This document shows positions 34,627 through 44,599 of a stretch of DNA of 64,000 bases, piece after piece. The stretch is from a virus (lineage: Duplodnaviria > Caudoviricetes): positions 2,120 through 66,119 of IMG/VR virus record IMGVR_UViG_3300005805_000084; one strand, given 5' to 3'. The notes under the pieces were generated by a model. That model searched no databases, was not told the DNA's origin, and saw only the letters and a program-made list of their open reading frames with translations. Every line of letters begins with the position of its first letter. Position 1 is the first letter of the stretch. The position numbers were made by a program, and so were the translations under genes.

Positions 34627-36399
34627 TTAGACGTAGGTATCGGACGAGGTCCACTCGCCAGTCGTAACGGGCGCGGCAGCCTCGAAGTTTTCGAGAACGA
34701 ACGAGGTCGTCTCGGTCTCAACGACGGCCGTGTAGGTCACGCTGTTGAGCTTGGTGCTGCGGGTCGGAACCTTCATCACGCAGCGATAGGTGTCGTCCAC
34801 AGCGGCCAGCGCCTTGAGGTCGCCGGTCTTGTTGACCACCGAGTTCGCATCGATGATGCCCTGATAGATGCTGGTCCAGTCCAGCGCCCACAGCGAACGG
34901 CCGACGTTGGTCGTGCCAGAAGCAGCCTTCTGAGCGGCGACGTAGTCGTCGAAGAACCGATGCGTGACGATGCGGATCTCGACCTGGGGGTAATCCAGCT
35001 CGAAGCGGTAGAAGCGGAAGCCGAACGGCCCCTGCTCGCCACCCTGATTGAGCTGGTAGGTCATGCGGAACACATCAGCGCCGAACTTCGCTTTGTAGTA
35101 GTTCACCATGCCGATGACGATCTGGTTGGCGAAGTAGCTGTCGGTGAACAGCTCGATGATGTCGCTCTTCACGCCCGTGGCCTCGCGCTCGCGCTGGAGG
35201 TTGTAGAGCGTGTTGAACAGGATCTGGAGGTTGAGCTTCTCGCCCTGCAGGTCGGCAACCCGACCGCACTCAGCAAGCTGCTCGTACACGCCAGTGGCAT
35301 TCGCACGACGACCAATGCAACGACCTTCAGCAGGGATGTTGACAGCAGCCACAGTGGGGCTCGTGATCTGAGGCAGGCTGTTGTAGCCAGCGAGCGTCTG
35401 ATCAGTGCTGTACGGCTTGTTGAAGAAGAAGTTGTTAGCGTGACGCCGTTGGAAGTCCTCGATGATCTGGCGGTTGATCTCAACCTGCTCGACATCGCCG
35501 AACTGCTTGAAGTACGGGTTGCTGTCGCGAAGAGCAGCGAGGTACTTCTGGGTCAGCTCATCCTCGCAGATCGAGTACCGAGTGGTCTCAATCCAGAAGG
35601 GAACGAGCTGGTTGGTGTTGAGCGCAGGAATCTCACTGCAGAACGACTCGTAGTCGGAGACGTTCGGAGTTCCGCGAACAGCGAGACCGAGAACCGCACC
35701 AGCCGCGAGGTTGGCGGGAATCTTGGCCTTGTTCTGGATCGAAGCGGTGGCGCTGGACCGGAAGAACGAAGCCTCGTTGCGGGACGTACAGGTCACCTGA
35801 ACGTAGCTTCCATTGCCATCGGAACCAGTGGCTGCATCAGAACCAGTCACGAACGCCAGCTTGTAGGCGGTGTCCGTGGTGGTGCCGTCGTCAGCAGAGG
35901 CTCCACCGGAGACGAACACGCGCATTCCGGAGGGGAACCAGCGGGTGTCCACAGGGATGTTACCCTGAGAGTAGAACCTAAGGGCGAAGGTCGCACCGTC
36001 AGTCTGGGTCGGGGTGGCACCAGTGGCGTTCACGACGCGAACGGTCCAGTACTCGGTGTTCGCGGGGCGCTTACGGCCCATCTTGATGAACGGCTGGATC
36101 TCCCAGACGCCACCAGCCACCTGAGAGACGCTCAGCCTTTTGCCGCCGAGCACCTTCTTGTTGGCCTGAAGCAGGTCGTACATGCCGTTGGACCGGACGC
36201 CGACGGCCTTGCCGACGAAGTCAGCAGAGACGAGGTTGCCCAGGATCTTGTAGGTCGAGTCCGAGCTGCCGTAGATGGTGCTCAGGTCGCCCGACTGAAG
36301 AGGAATCGCGCTGCACGCAGTGATAGCGCCGCACGTTTCCACGTTGGTTCCGGCCGCCGGAAGGCAGCGGGAAAAGATGTTTGCAGATGTTCCAGCCAT
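34627..36399 (-). CDS. Probable major capsid protein (590 aa)
   Basis: Follows scaffold, followed by terminator, strongest C-ending codon bias in the block. Confidence 0.7.
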   Translation of the reverse strand: MAGTSANIFSRCLPAAGTNVETCGAITACSAIPLQSGDLSTIYGSSDSTYKILGNLVSADFVGKAVGVRSNGMYDLLQANKKVLGGKRLSVSQVAGGVWEIQPFIKMGRKRPANTEYWTVRVVNATGATPTQTDGATFALRFYSQGNIPVDTRWFPSGMRVFVSGGASADDGTTTDTAYKLAFVTGSDAATGSDGNGSYVQVTCTSRNEASFFRSSATASIQNKAKIPANLAAGAVLGLAVRGTPNVSDYESFCSEIPALNTNQLVPFWIETTRYSICEDELTQKYLAALRDSNPYFKQFGDVEQVEINRQIIEDFQRRHANNFFFNKPYSTDQTLAGYNSLPQITSPTVAAVNIPAEGRCIGRRANATGVYEQLAECGRVADLQGEKLNLQILFNTLYNLQREREATGVKSDIIELFTDSYFANQIVIGMVNYYKAKFGADVFRMTYQLNQGGEQGPFGFRFYRFELDYPQVEIRIVTHRFFDDYVAAQKAASGTTNVGRSLWALDWTSIYQGIIDANSVVNKTGDLKALAAVDDTYRCVMKVPTRSTKLNSVTYTAVVETETTSFVLENFEAAAPVTTGEWTSSDTYV

Positions 36400-36552
36400 A
36401 TTAGTGTTTTACCTTTCGCGCTCTTTTTACCGAGCAGTGAACCACCTGTATATGGACGCAGGCTCTTTGTTGGCTCAGCACCCAAGTGCGAAAAAGCCAG
36501 CAGATGTAAAACACCCGCTGGCCCGCATTGAAATGCTTGATGAGTTGCCGTT

Positions 36553-38052
36553 TTACAACCCGACGTCTCTCCAGAAACCAGCAGGAATGCCGTTGATTGA
36601 CTGCTCGGACTCCTGTTTTACAGGGGTTGCAGCCTGAGTGGAGCGCACCGACGGAGCGGTGGGCGCTGCGGCTGGCTTAGGGGAAGGCTTTTGCGAGGCA
36701 TTTCCTTCCGATCGAACGTAACCCCGCTGTTTTGCGTAGGTTTCGAGGCGATTTTCGAGGCTTTCCTTGATCTTTCCGGCCTCATACTGGGCCGCCTTGA
36801 TGATCAGCTGAGGCACCAAGGCCTCGTCCTGCACGGTGTAATACCGAGCCCGCTGGGAAGCAGGCATGTTGCGGTAATCCTTCAACGACGAGAACCGACG
36901 GCCGTCCTCGGTGACCGGTCGTTCGTCACGAGGCACAGAAGACAGCACGCTGTCGACATGGAGCGCTGCCGAGGCCAGAGCCTTCACCTCCTGAGAGTCC
37001 GAGGAGTAGGCCGACTGGTTGTTCAGAACCCTCACCGCGAGGTCCAGTGCAGGCGTACTCCACCGCTCCACAGCCATCACAGCCTCGGTGGCAATGGGAT
37101 CTGCCTTCACAGCCTCAACCGCCTTGGATGGATCTGTATTGGCAACCTCAACCAGATCGGGCCGCACGGCCTCTAGGAGGCTCATGGAGGCCATCCGATC
37201 AACCTGCTGGCGGATTGGTGCCAACTCGGCCTCTCGGCGGCTCCTGCGCACTTCCTCGATGTCCTGACCGTACTTCTTGGCGAATCGATCTTCAGCCTCA
37301 CGGATGGCGGCTTCCTTGATCAGGCTTCGATCCGCCTCCTTGATATGATCCTCGTCCACCTCGACCGCATTGGTGTCGACGAACTCGGCGTGCTCTTCGT
37401 CAGCCCAGTCGAACTCTTGGCCAGGGTTCTTCCGTCGCCAGTTACGCTCGTACTCGACCTCCTTCTGGGTGGAGTCCAAGAACTCCTTCACCAGATCGCG
37501 GCCCTTGTAGTCCTTGGCGTGAAGGCGCTGAACCTCACGAAGCCGCTCAACATCCTCCTTGAGGGCCTCTGGAACGTCGAGCTCCTCCTTCTGAGGTTCG
37601 GCCTGCTGAAGGGATCGGATGCGCTCCTCACGAGCCTCCTCAAGACGCCGCATGGTCTCCGCAGCAGCTTCAGCTGCAGCCTTGCTGGCCATCTCCGCCA
37701 CCTTCTCTGCGGTCATGGTCTTGCGCTTGGGCTTGGGAGCCTCTTCCTCTGCGGGTTCAGGCTCCGGCTCTTCCTTGGCCTGCTCTTCGATGTTGGCCTT
37801 GAGCTTGGCTGGAGCCTTGCGCTTAGGCTTCTCCTCCCTTGGAGCCTCTTCCTTGGCGGGCTCATCTTTGGGAGCCTCCTCCTTGGCCGCTTCGGAGTTG
37901 GACTTGGATTCAGCGAGCAGCTGATCGAGAACGATCATGCTGGCCTCGCGAGCCGTGGCCTCCATCTCGGCGTCGGTGCTCTGATTCTGTGGCTCCGCCT
38001 GATCCTGAGATGGCGGGGCCTGATCAACCTGCTGGTCAGTGTTTTTAGTCAT
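36553..38052 (-). CDS. Probable capsid scaffolding protein
   Basis: Acidic, coiled-coil, between portal and capsid. Confidence 0.65.
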   Translation of the reverse strand: MTKNTDQQVDQAPPSQDQAEPQNQSTDAEMEATAREASMIVLDQLLAESKSNSEAAKEEAPKDEPAKEEAPREEKPKRKAPAKLKANIEEQAKEEPEPEPAEEEAPKPKRKTMTAEKVAEMASKAAAEAAAETMRRLEEAREERIRSLQQAEPQKEELDVPEALKEDVERLREVQRLHAKDYKGRDLVKEFLDSTQKEVEYERNWRRKNPGQEFDWADEEHAEFVDTNAVEVDEDHIKEADRSLIKEAAIREAEDRFAKKYGQDIEEVRRSRREAELAPIRQQVDRMASMSLLEAVRPDLVEVANTDPSKAVEAVKADPIATEAVMAVERWSTPALDLAVRVLNNQSAYSSDSQEVKALASAALHVDSVLSSVPRDERPVTEDGRRFSSLKDYRNMPASQRARYYTVQDEALVPQLIIKAAQYEAGKIKESLENRLETYAKQRGYVRSEGNASQKPSPKPAAAPTAPSVRSTQAATPVKQESEQSINGIPAGFWRDVGL

Positions 38053-38357
38053 TTGTCTGTGATATGCACTTCTGCGCTTCTGAACGTCCATTCCGCAGAT
38101 GCGATCTCGGACAACACGTTCAGGAAGGTCTGATAGCGGGAGGCGCGTGAGATCGCCTTCTCCGATGCGGCATCGAGTCCAGCCTGAGCGCGCAGGGCGT
38201 CAGGATTTCGGGTGATGACGTTTGCGAAATCGCCCTGAAGGACGGCCACCTCAGCCAAGAGGCATTGGCGCACCAGCAGGCATTCCGGCGACAGGAGCCA
38301 TCTCTGCAGCTGGAGCTGCTGGTCCTGTGGCAATGGGCGGGACTGGACTTCCAACAT
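38049..38357 (-). CDS. Hypothetical protein between portal and scaffold
   Basis: Overlaps portal 3' end; stop coupled to scaffold ATG. Confidence 0.65.
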   Translation of the reverse strand: MLEVQSRPLPQDQQLQLQRWLLSPECLLVRQCLLAEVAVLQGDFANVITRNPDALRAQAGLDAASEKAISRASRYQTFLNVLSEIASAEWTFRSAEVHITDK

Positions 38358-40701
38358 ACGGTTGTTGCTGCGCTGCCTGTATCAGCTGGAACAGCTTCAC
38401 AACCGCCTGACTCTGCTCGTCCTGACGAGCCGACAACTGGGCAATGGCCTGCGCCGTTTGCTGGGTAGTTGCCTGCATCGGTTCGACGATGTTCTGCCGG
38501 AGTCCTTGGGCCAGCTCTGTGAGCTTGCCGTCGACGATCTGGGAAGCCATCTGCGCCAGCTGCTGCTGGACGCCCTGAAGCATGGCTGCCTGCTGTTGCT
38601 GAGCCTCCTCGGGAGAAGGAGCTTGCTGCTGCTGCGCCTGAACGCGTAGGCGGAAATCCTTGGGTGCGCCGCTGTAGACGAGGATCTGGTTGAACAGGCT
38701 GATGAGCTGTTCTAGGCCAGCCGCCTGAGCGAGCACTGGGTTGGAGAAGATCGACTGGAAGGTCTGGATCATCGTTGCGGCCAGCTTGGCGTCCACAACG
38801 CGATCAGCACCTTCTCGATCCGATGAGAATGCGTCGATGTCCAGCATCGCCTTGCTTCCCTTGACGCCAACCTTTGCGTCCGAGGCTTCGACCTCGTCCA
38901 CCTTGAATCCCATCTTGGTGAGCGCAGCCTTCTTCACCTCATCCATGTCAGCCACCTCGGCGATGATCTCGTCATCGGAGTAGGACATCATGGCATCGTA
39001 GAGGAGCTTCTTGCGAGCCCTGACAGCGGAGTCGATGAAGGAGCCTGTTAGCTGGAGCCGGTTACTGGTGTTCGCGGCGATGATTTGTACTTCTTGCGCA
39101 GTCTGTTCGTGAGTCGCCGGAACGCCAACCTCCTGTGCGGAGTAGCCCAGAACTCGCTCCATCATCGACAGAAGCTGATTCACAGCCCCAGCCACCTCGA
39201 GGGAGCTGCCTTGCGGAAGCTGGACAGGCGTGAACGCGTCGCGCTCAGACTGCTGCTGCCAGCTCAGCTCCTTCTTGGAGTAGGGGATGAAAGTGACGCC
39301 TCGGTACTTCTTCTCTCCGAGGTTATTGATGATCTCGACGTACTTCTGATCCACCACGTCGGCGTTCCAGAACACGATACGCTCGAGGTTCTGCTTCACC
39401 GTCAGGATGTAATGGGTGAGCAGGTTGGAGAGATGGTCTTGGAAGGGCAGCAGCTCCAGCGACAGGGAGGTCGGGCGAGCGGTTCCAAGGTCCGCGTCGT
39501 ACATGTAGGCCACCAGCGGGTTGTAGCCCAGTACAGCAGCATGGCTGACAGTATGGCTGCCCGTATGGACGAAGCGCATCCAGACAGGCTCGTCGTAGTC
39601 GAAGAGGTTCCACTCGGACGGAACCAGCTTCTGGAAGTAGCTGACAACGGTCACACCCTCATCGAGGTGGTGCATGTTGTACCGATAGGCCTCATTGGTC
39701 CGCTCGGTATCGCCAACCCCAGTGCCTGAGCCGGAGTGGCTGTTGACCGTCGGGAAGCGCAACATGCATGGGTTGAGCTCTCGGTAGTAGTTGTACTTCG
39801 AGAGAACCCAGGAGCCGTACTTGAACTGGATGTTCTCGGTGTTCCAGAAGTCCTTGTTGTTCTTGACGTCCTTGTAGCGGAGGACGTTCCAGAAACCAGC
39901 GTACTCGACGCCAGTGTCGGTGTTGGCCGTGCTGAGCCGGTAGTTGAGGTCGTAGAAGGTTCGTGACGGGTGCGGGATCTCGAATCGGACGCCCTCCTTG
40001 ACCACCTTCTTCTGCTCCTTGCCGTCCTTCAGGAACAGCTGCTTCTCGCGGTAGAAGTCCTCGGATGGGAAGTTGATGCAGGTGCCGTACTTGAGCATCT
40101 GCAAGATGGACTGCCGCTCGTCTTCGCGGTAGCCCATGTCCTGAACCATGCGCTGGATGCGGCTGGTGATGATCTCGCAGCGAACCCGATTCTCCAGCGT
40201 CTGGGACACCGGCTCGTACTTGTAGAGCGGATAGATGTCCCGATCGTTGAACAGCTTGGCCCACCGCATCTTGGTGTAGGCCTGAACCAGCGGAACGAAG
40301 ATGTTGAAGAAGGTGGGCATGTCCAACTTCATCAACTTCTTGCCGGTATTGTCACAGACGGCCTGTCCGCTCTTGTCGCAGAGCGGGGACATCATGTTGC
40401 TCAGCCGAGAGGTGATTCCCCAGCTGGTCATGGCCTCCATCACCTTCTCACCACTGACACCGTTGGCCAGCAGGCCCTCGACGAGGGTGTAGGTGATCTG
40501 CCTCTGCGACACATCGTACGCCTGATCAATGGCGTAGATGGTGCGGGCGTCGTTCAGGTTCCTCTGGATGCCCTCGTCAATGCGCGTGGCGTTGAGGTCG
40601 ACAAGCTCCTTGATCTTGTCGTCCATCACGTCGGCAGTGAACTTCGCCTTGAGCTTCTCAGGCGTAGCACCGCGCTTTGCGAGCAGTTCCAGATCGACCA
40701 T
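38251..40701 (-). CDS. Probable portal protein (816 aa, Gln/Pro/Ala-rich C-terminal barrel-like tail)
   Basis: Size, EQTAQEVQ motif, position before scaffold/capsid. Confidence 0.75.
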   Translation of the reverse strand: MVDLELLAKRGATPEKLKAKFTADVMDDKIKELVDLNATRIDEGIQRNLNDARTIYAIDQAYDVSQRQITYTLVEGLLANGVSGEKVMEAMTSWGITSRLSNMMSPLCDKSGQAVCDNTGKKLMKLDMPTFFNIFVPLVQAYTKMRWAKLFNDRDIYPLYKYEPVSQTLENRVRCEIITSRIQRMVQDMGYREDERQSILQMLKYGTCINFPSEDFYREKQLFLKDGKEQKKVVKEGVRFEIPHPSRTFYDLNYRLSTANTDTGVEYAGFWNVLRYKDVKNNKDFWNTENIQFKYGSWVLSKYNYYRELNPCMLRFPTVNSHSGSGTGVGDTERTNEAYRYNMHHLDEGVTVVSYFQKLVPSEWNLFDYDEPVWMRFVHTGSHTVSHAAVLGYNPLVAYMYDADLGTARPTSLSLELLPFQDHLSNLLTHYILTVKQNLERIVFWNADVVDQKYVEIINNLGEKKYRGVTFIPYSKKELSWQQQSERDAFTPVQLPQGSSLEVAGAVNQLLSMMERVLGYSAQEVGVPATHEQTAQEVQIIAANTSNRLQLTGSFIDSAVRARKKLLYDAMMSYSDDEIIAEVADMDEVKKAALTKMGFKVDEVEASDAKVGVKGSKAMLDIDAFSSDREGADRVVDAKLAATMIQTFQSIFSNPVLAQAAGLEQLISLFNQILVYSGAPKDFRLRVQAQQQQAPSPEEAQQQQAAMLQGVQQQLAQMASQIVDGKLTELAQGLRQNIVEPMQATTQQTAQAIAQLSARQDEQSQAVVKLFQLIQAAQQQPYVGSPVPPIATGPAAPAAEMAPVAGMPAGAPMPLG

Positions 40702-40713
40702 GGTGTGAACGAG

Positions 40714-41010
40714 TTACTTGGACTTCCCCTTGGGTCCGCCCATCATAATCAGGATCCCAAGACCCTTGCCATGCTTCTTACGCATGGGGGCCTCTTCCTC
40801 CTGATCGTACTCGTCCATCTCTTCACCCTCATCCTCGGACTCCATCTCGCTGGGCATGCCGTCCTCCTCGATGGATTCGACCGCCGCAACGATCTGAGAA
40901 TCGTCCTTCGATGTCACCTTGAGGGTGGCTCGAACCTCGACCATGTCACCCACCTCGAGGGAGTCCATGGACTCATCAAGGCCATCACGCTGCAGTTTGA
41001 TTTCGTTCAT
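40714..41010 (-). CDS. Small acidic hypothetical protein
   Basis: First gene of leftward late operon. Confidence 0.65.
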   Translation of the reverse strand: MNEIKLQRDGLDESMDSLEVGDMVEVRATLKVTSKDDSQIVAAVESIEEDGMPSEMESEDEGEEMDEYDQEEEAPMRKKHGKGLGILIMMGGPKGKSK

Positions 41011-41025
41011 TTGGTGCAACTTTGA

Positions 41026-42549
41026 ATGGAGTCATCCCCGCCTTTTACACCATTGTCCACGCAAAGTCGTAGCTCCTGCATGCAAGACTCCAGCGGGCGG
41101 TGGTTGCCGAATCTGTTCCCAAAGGGGTTCGAGGTCTTCAACAACTACAGCCGATACTTGATGGTCGACGGTCCACGTAAGGCGGGCAAATCGCTCGCCA
41201 TTGCCAATCGTGCCGCCAGACACCTGTTCGAGAACAACAACGCCATCGTGGGGATCATCACCAAGACCCTCAAGAATGGTAAGGTTGGCGTATGGAGTGA
41301 CGTCACCAGAACGGTCCTGCCCGAATGGATCGAGGCTGGCTTTGGGATGAAGTGGGTGAAGGAGCCCACCATGGACGTCGCCACCAAGATGTCCTTTGCT
41401 CGGGTCAGGAACGCCTTTGGAGGAACATCGGAGATCCAACTGCACTCGCTTGAGAACGTCGGTGAGGCGGAGCAGAAGTTCAAGGGAACGCGGTTCTCTA
41501 TGGTCTGGATATCGGAGGCGGACCAGTTCGAGGAGCGGATCGTGTTCGACTCCCTTTCAGACCAGTTGCGCGTGGTTGGAATCCCGTACGAGAACCATCA
41601 GCTGATCGTCGACCTAAACCCTCCAGAGCTTGGCGTGAACCATTGGCTGGCTGGGGTGTGGTTCCCCAAGATGGCCGATGGTGAGAACAGGGACGACTCC
41701 TATGGACGCATCCAGTTCACGATCGACGACAACATCTTCCTAGACCCACGCGAGAAGAAGGACCTCATCTCCAAGTACAGCTACGACAAGCAGTTGTTTG
41801 CCCGCTATGTCAGGGGCGAATGGGTTGCAGATGTATCAGACACATATTTCTCAGATGTCTTCGTGGAATCCACCCATGTGGTCGGCAATGCGACCTCCGC
41901 CACCGAGGACGAATGGGATGTGATTGTTCCGAACAGGAACTGCATCGAGCTGTACACAGGCTGGGACCTTGGTGACGTCAACCATGCCTGCTGCATCGCC
42001 TGCAAGCGCGAGGACGAGAACGGAAACAGCGTCTTCGACATCTTGGACGAGGTCGTTGTCATCGATCGGAAGCTCAGCATCGCCGACTTCACCTATGCCG
42101 TCATCGAGCGGATGGAGAAGTGGGAGGAGTTCATCAAGCGCGAGTACGGACACGAGCGGATCATGTGGCGACACTGGTCCGACAACAGCGCGTGGCGCTA
42201 CAGGGCGGCCTCCGATGTCTACGACGAGCTGGTGGTCAGGCAGGTGAGCCAAGGCAAGATCGTCCTCAACGCGGTCACCAAGGGCTCAGGATCGGTGAAA
42301 CAGCGCATCAGTCTGATGAAGAAGCTGCTCTTCGGTAGGCGGATCTACTTCTCCGCACAGCTGTCAAACACCATCAAGATGGTCAAGGAGCTGAAGCCAG
42401 GACCGAACAAGGCCGAGCCGATTCGCGATGGTGACAAGAACAAGCACATCTTCGATGCGGTCACCTACATGCTGATCTCGGAGACACCTATGGACATCGA
42501 GCGCAGGTTTACGCCAACGGTGAAGCCGACCGTGGTGTTCACGCAGTGA
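41026..42549 (+). CDS. terL: Terminase large subunit
   Basis: Walker A GPRKAGKS, Walker B VWISE, nuclease GWDLG and HIFDAVTY; true start may be 41080. Confidence 0.85.
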   Translation: MESSPPFTPLSTQSRSSCMQDSSGRWLPNLFPKGFEVFNNYSRYLMVDGPRKAGKSLAIANRAARHLFENNNAIVGIITKTLKNGKVGVWSDVTRTVLPEWIEAGFGMKWVKEPTMDVATKMSFARVRNAFGGTSEIQLHSLENVGEAEQKFKGTRFSMVWISEADQFEERIVFDSLSDQLRVVGIPYENHQLIVDLNPPELGVNHWLAGVWFPKMADGENRDDSYGRIQFTIDDNIFLDPREKKDLISKYSYDKQLFARYVRGEWVADVSDTYFSDVFVESTHVVGNATSATEDEWDVIVPNRNCIELYTGWDLGDVNHACCIACKREDENGNSVFDILDEVVVIDRKLSIADFTYAVIERMEKWEEFIKREYGHERIMWRHWSDNSAWRYRAASDVYDELVVRQVSQGKIVLNAVTKGSGSVKQRISLMKKLLFGRRIYFSAQLSNTIKMVKELKPGPNKAEPIRDGDKNKHIFDAVTYMLISETPMDIERRFTPTVKPTVVFTQ

Positions 42550-43769
42550 CGATGAAGCTGACATACTGCGACGACAAAGACGTCGAGCTTTGGGTGTTGT
42601 CTGGAGCTGGATGGGCGATGCCGATGCGGTTGCGCCACTGCGTGATGGACGGGAAGGCGATGGCCCACGTGATTCCAGCGGTTCCGCTGGGCTACGCGCA
42701 GTACGGAGTCGTGGAGCCAAAGCTGAAGTTCCACGGCGCGATCCAGCTCAGGAGCGGGTGGGTGCTAGAGCTCGAACAGTTCACCTCAATCTGCACCAAG
42801 GCCGATGGGGTAACTCCGGAGTTCTACTACAAGTGGAATGGCGAGTTCACGGACAAGCCGAGTGCTCCAGAGGAGGAGACGATCGATTGGTCCAAGAAGA
42901 GGAAGCTCGATGTTCAGAACGAGTTCATAGACCTCGTTGCGGAACGATCCGGCCTAGACAGGTCGACCCTCACGATGTGCTGGATGGCGATCACCCAGTG
43001 CATGGCAGACTGGCTCCTGTCCGGACGGATGATCGACTTTGGGGTCTTCAAGCTTCAGGCATTCCCGTATCGCAAGAACTGGAAGGAGGTCCTGTTGGCG
43101 AGGTACCCGCAGCTCAAGAAGCTGTGCTTCGTGAAGGATCGGAAGCGCATCATGTCGCTGGCCTTCACGGCTGCCTCTCGGATGATCCGAAGCTCCGAGC
43201 TCACCGAGTACAGAACACGCATGAACAGGGCGCTCTTTGGGTGGAGCGTTGAGGTGATCCACGATTCCAGCTGGGAAAACGCCGTGATCGATGCAGAACA
43301 TGAATGTGCCGCATCGCTTGGCCCATTGGCCTACCTGAAGCGCTGGGCAACCAAGATCAGCCAACTTGAAGAACAGATCTACGAAGTCATCCGTGAGTAC
43401 GCTGCGAAAGAGAATACATCGTGCTGTCGCCTATACTGGCGTCGCAACCAAGGCGGCGCTCGCTTTGTTCAGGGCGCTCCAACCCTCATCAGCTATCGAG
43501 CGTCTCTGGACAGCGATGAGGCTGGCTACCAGAGCGTTGATGATTTCCTCGGAGTCGAAGACACCAGCGCGTATCTGGAGGCAGCGGCTGCGCGTATGCT
43601 GGCGATGTCCGATGCGGAGCCCAATGTGGACCTGCGGCTATCTGGGGGAGACGATGGTGGGTCCGGAGGGGAAACCCCAGACAGTGGGGTGCTGGTGCTA
43701 CCTGCCTCTGGCGGCCAAGCTTCCGGAGAAGATGTGCTGGCTGGACGCGATGGGAATCAGGGAGGGTAA
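42546..43769 (+). CDS. Hypothetical multidomain protein with an HU/IHF-like segment
   Basis: EFIDLVAERSGLDRSTL...LSGRMIDFGVFKL. Confidence 0.55.
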   Translation: MTMKLTYCDDKDVELWVLSGAGWAMPMRLRHCVMDGKAMAHVIPAVPLGYAQYGVVEPKLKFHGAIQLRSGWVLELEQFTSICTKADGVTPEFYYKWNGEFTDKPSAPEEETIDWSKKRKLDVQNEFIDLVAERSGLDRSTLTMCWMAITQCMADWLLSGRMIDFGVFKLQAFPYRKNWKEVLLARYPQLKKLCFVKDRKRIMSLAFTAASRMIRSSELTEYRTRMNRALFGWSVEVIHDSSWENAVIDAEHECAASLGPLAYLKRWATKISQLEEQIYEVIREYAAKENTSCCRLYWRRNQGGARFVQGAPTLISYRASLDSDEAGYQSVDDFLGVEDTSAYLEAAAARMLAMSDAEPNVDLRLSGGDDGGSGGETPDSGVLVLPASGGQASGEDVLAGRDGNQGG

Positions 43770-43775
43770 TTGGCC

Positions 43776-44297
43776 ATGAACGTACCGATCCCGATCGAAC
43801 AAAACATCAACACTTCTTCGGAAGTGCCTATGACTCGTAACAAGCCGACCATCTCTCTGGCGGCTGCCGAGAAGGCTGCCAAGGAGGCTGGATTCGGCAT
43901 AATTGACGCGAAGCAGCTCAAGCAAGCTGGTGTCTTCGGCGAATTCGTGGCGCAGGTTGGAGCCATCCAGATAGGACGATCCCGCCTTGCCATGAACATC
44001 GCTCGGGCAGACAGGGCAATGGACTTCTGCGAGAGGGCTGCCGAGTCCTCCACCGATCCAGAGGTGATGATGGGCCTGATGAAGATCAACGCCGACCTCA
44101 TCGGGAAGAGCAACAACGCCGCAGAGCTGCTCATCAAGAGCGCCCAGACCGCAGCGGAGACCGCCAAGACCGAGGCCATGGTGCTTCCTGGGTTCGCACC
44201 AAGGGCTGCGGTTGGACTCACTCAGGTGAATGTCAACGTCAACGGGCCTGTCAGTGAGGCCGAAATCAAGGAGGTATCAAATGATCAAGGGAGTTAA
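43776..44297 (+). CDS. Hypothetical protein (possible terminase small subunit)
   Basis: Helical, near terL; function by position only. Confidence 0.45.
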   Translation: MNVPIPIEQNINTSSEVPMTRNKPTISLAAAEKAAKEAGFGIIDAKQLKQAGVFGEFVAQVGAIQIGRSRLAMNIARADRAMDFCERAAESSTDPEVMMGLMKINADLIGKSNNAAELLIKSAQTAAETAKTEAMVLPGFAPRAAVGLTQVNVNVNGPVSEAEIKEVSNDQGS

Positions 44298-44592
44298 ACG
44301 CCTGCCTAGCGGCGGGATCATGTACCGAGGGGAGAAGTTCCCTGGCTTCAACAAGCCCAAGCAGGCCCCTGCTGGCTCAAAGGCCAAGATGCGGGTGCTG
44401 GCCAAGAAGGGCGACAAGGTGAAGGTCGTGAACTTTGGGCTGCGCGGCTACAGCGACTTCACCAAGCACAAGAACCCCAAACGCAGGGCCAACTACCTCG
44501 CTCGGAGCGGTGGAATCCGGAACAAGCAGGGGCAGCTGACCAAGAATGACAAGTTCTCGGCGAACTTTTGGGCCAGAACTAGACTGTGGTAA
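44281..44592 (+). CDS. Small basic protein of a family seen in aquatic phages and large eukaryotic DNA viruses
   Basis: NFG..GYSDFTKHKNPKRRANYLAR...KFSANFWAR..LW. Confidence 0.7.
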   Translation: MIKGVKRLPSGGIMYRGEKFPGFNKPKQAPAGSKAKMRVLAKKGDKVKVVNFGLRGYSDFTKHKNPKRRANYLARSGGIRNKQGQLTKNDKFSANFWARTRLW

Positions 44593-44599
44593 TCACTGT

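Noticed and set aside
25424-36414. Identical AGGTAAAACA 10-mer before two - strand late ATGs (25424-25433, 36405-36414)
   Set aside because: Only two copies; may be an SD-like AGGT plus A-rich spacer
36502-36516. Tenth operator-like site (one mismatch) upstream of the capsid gene
   Set aside because: It forms the apex of a - strand terminator-like hairpin (gccagc...gctggc-TTTTT), so the symmetry is explained otherwise; not counted
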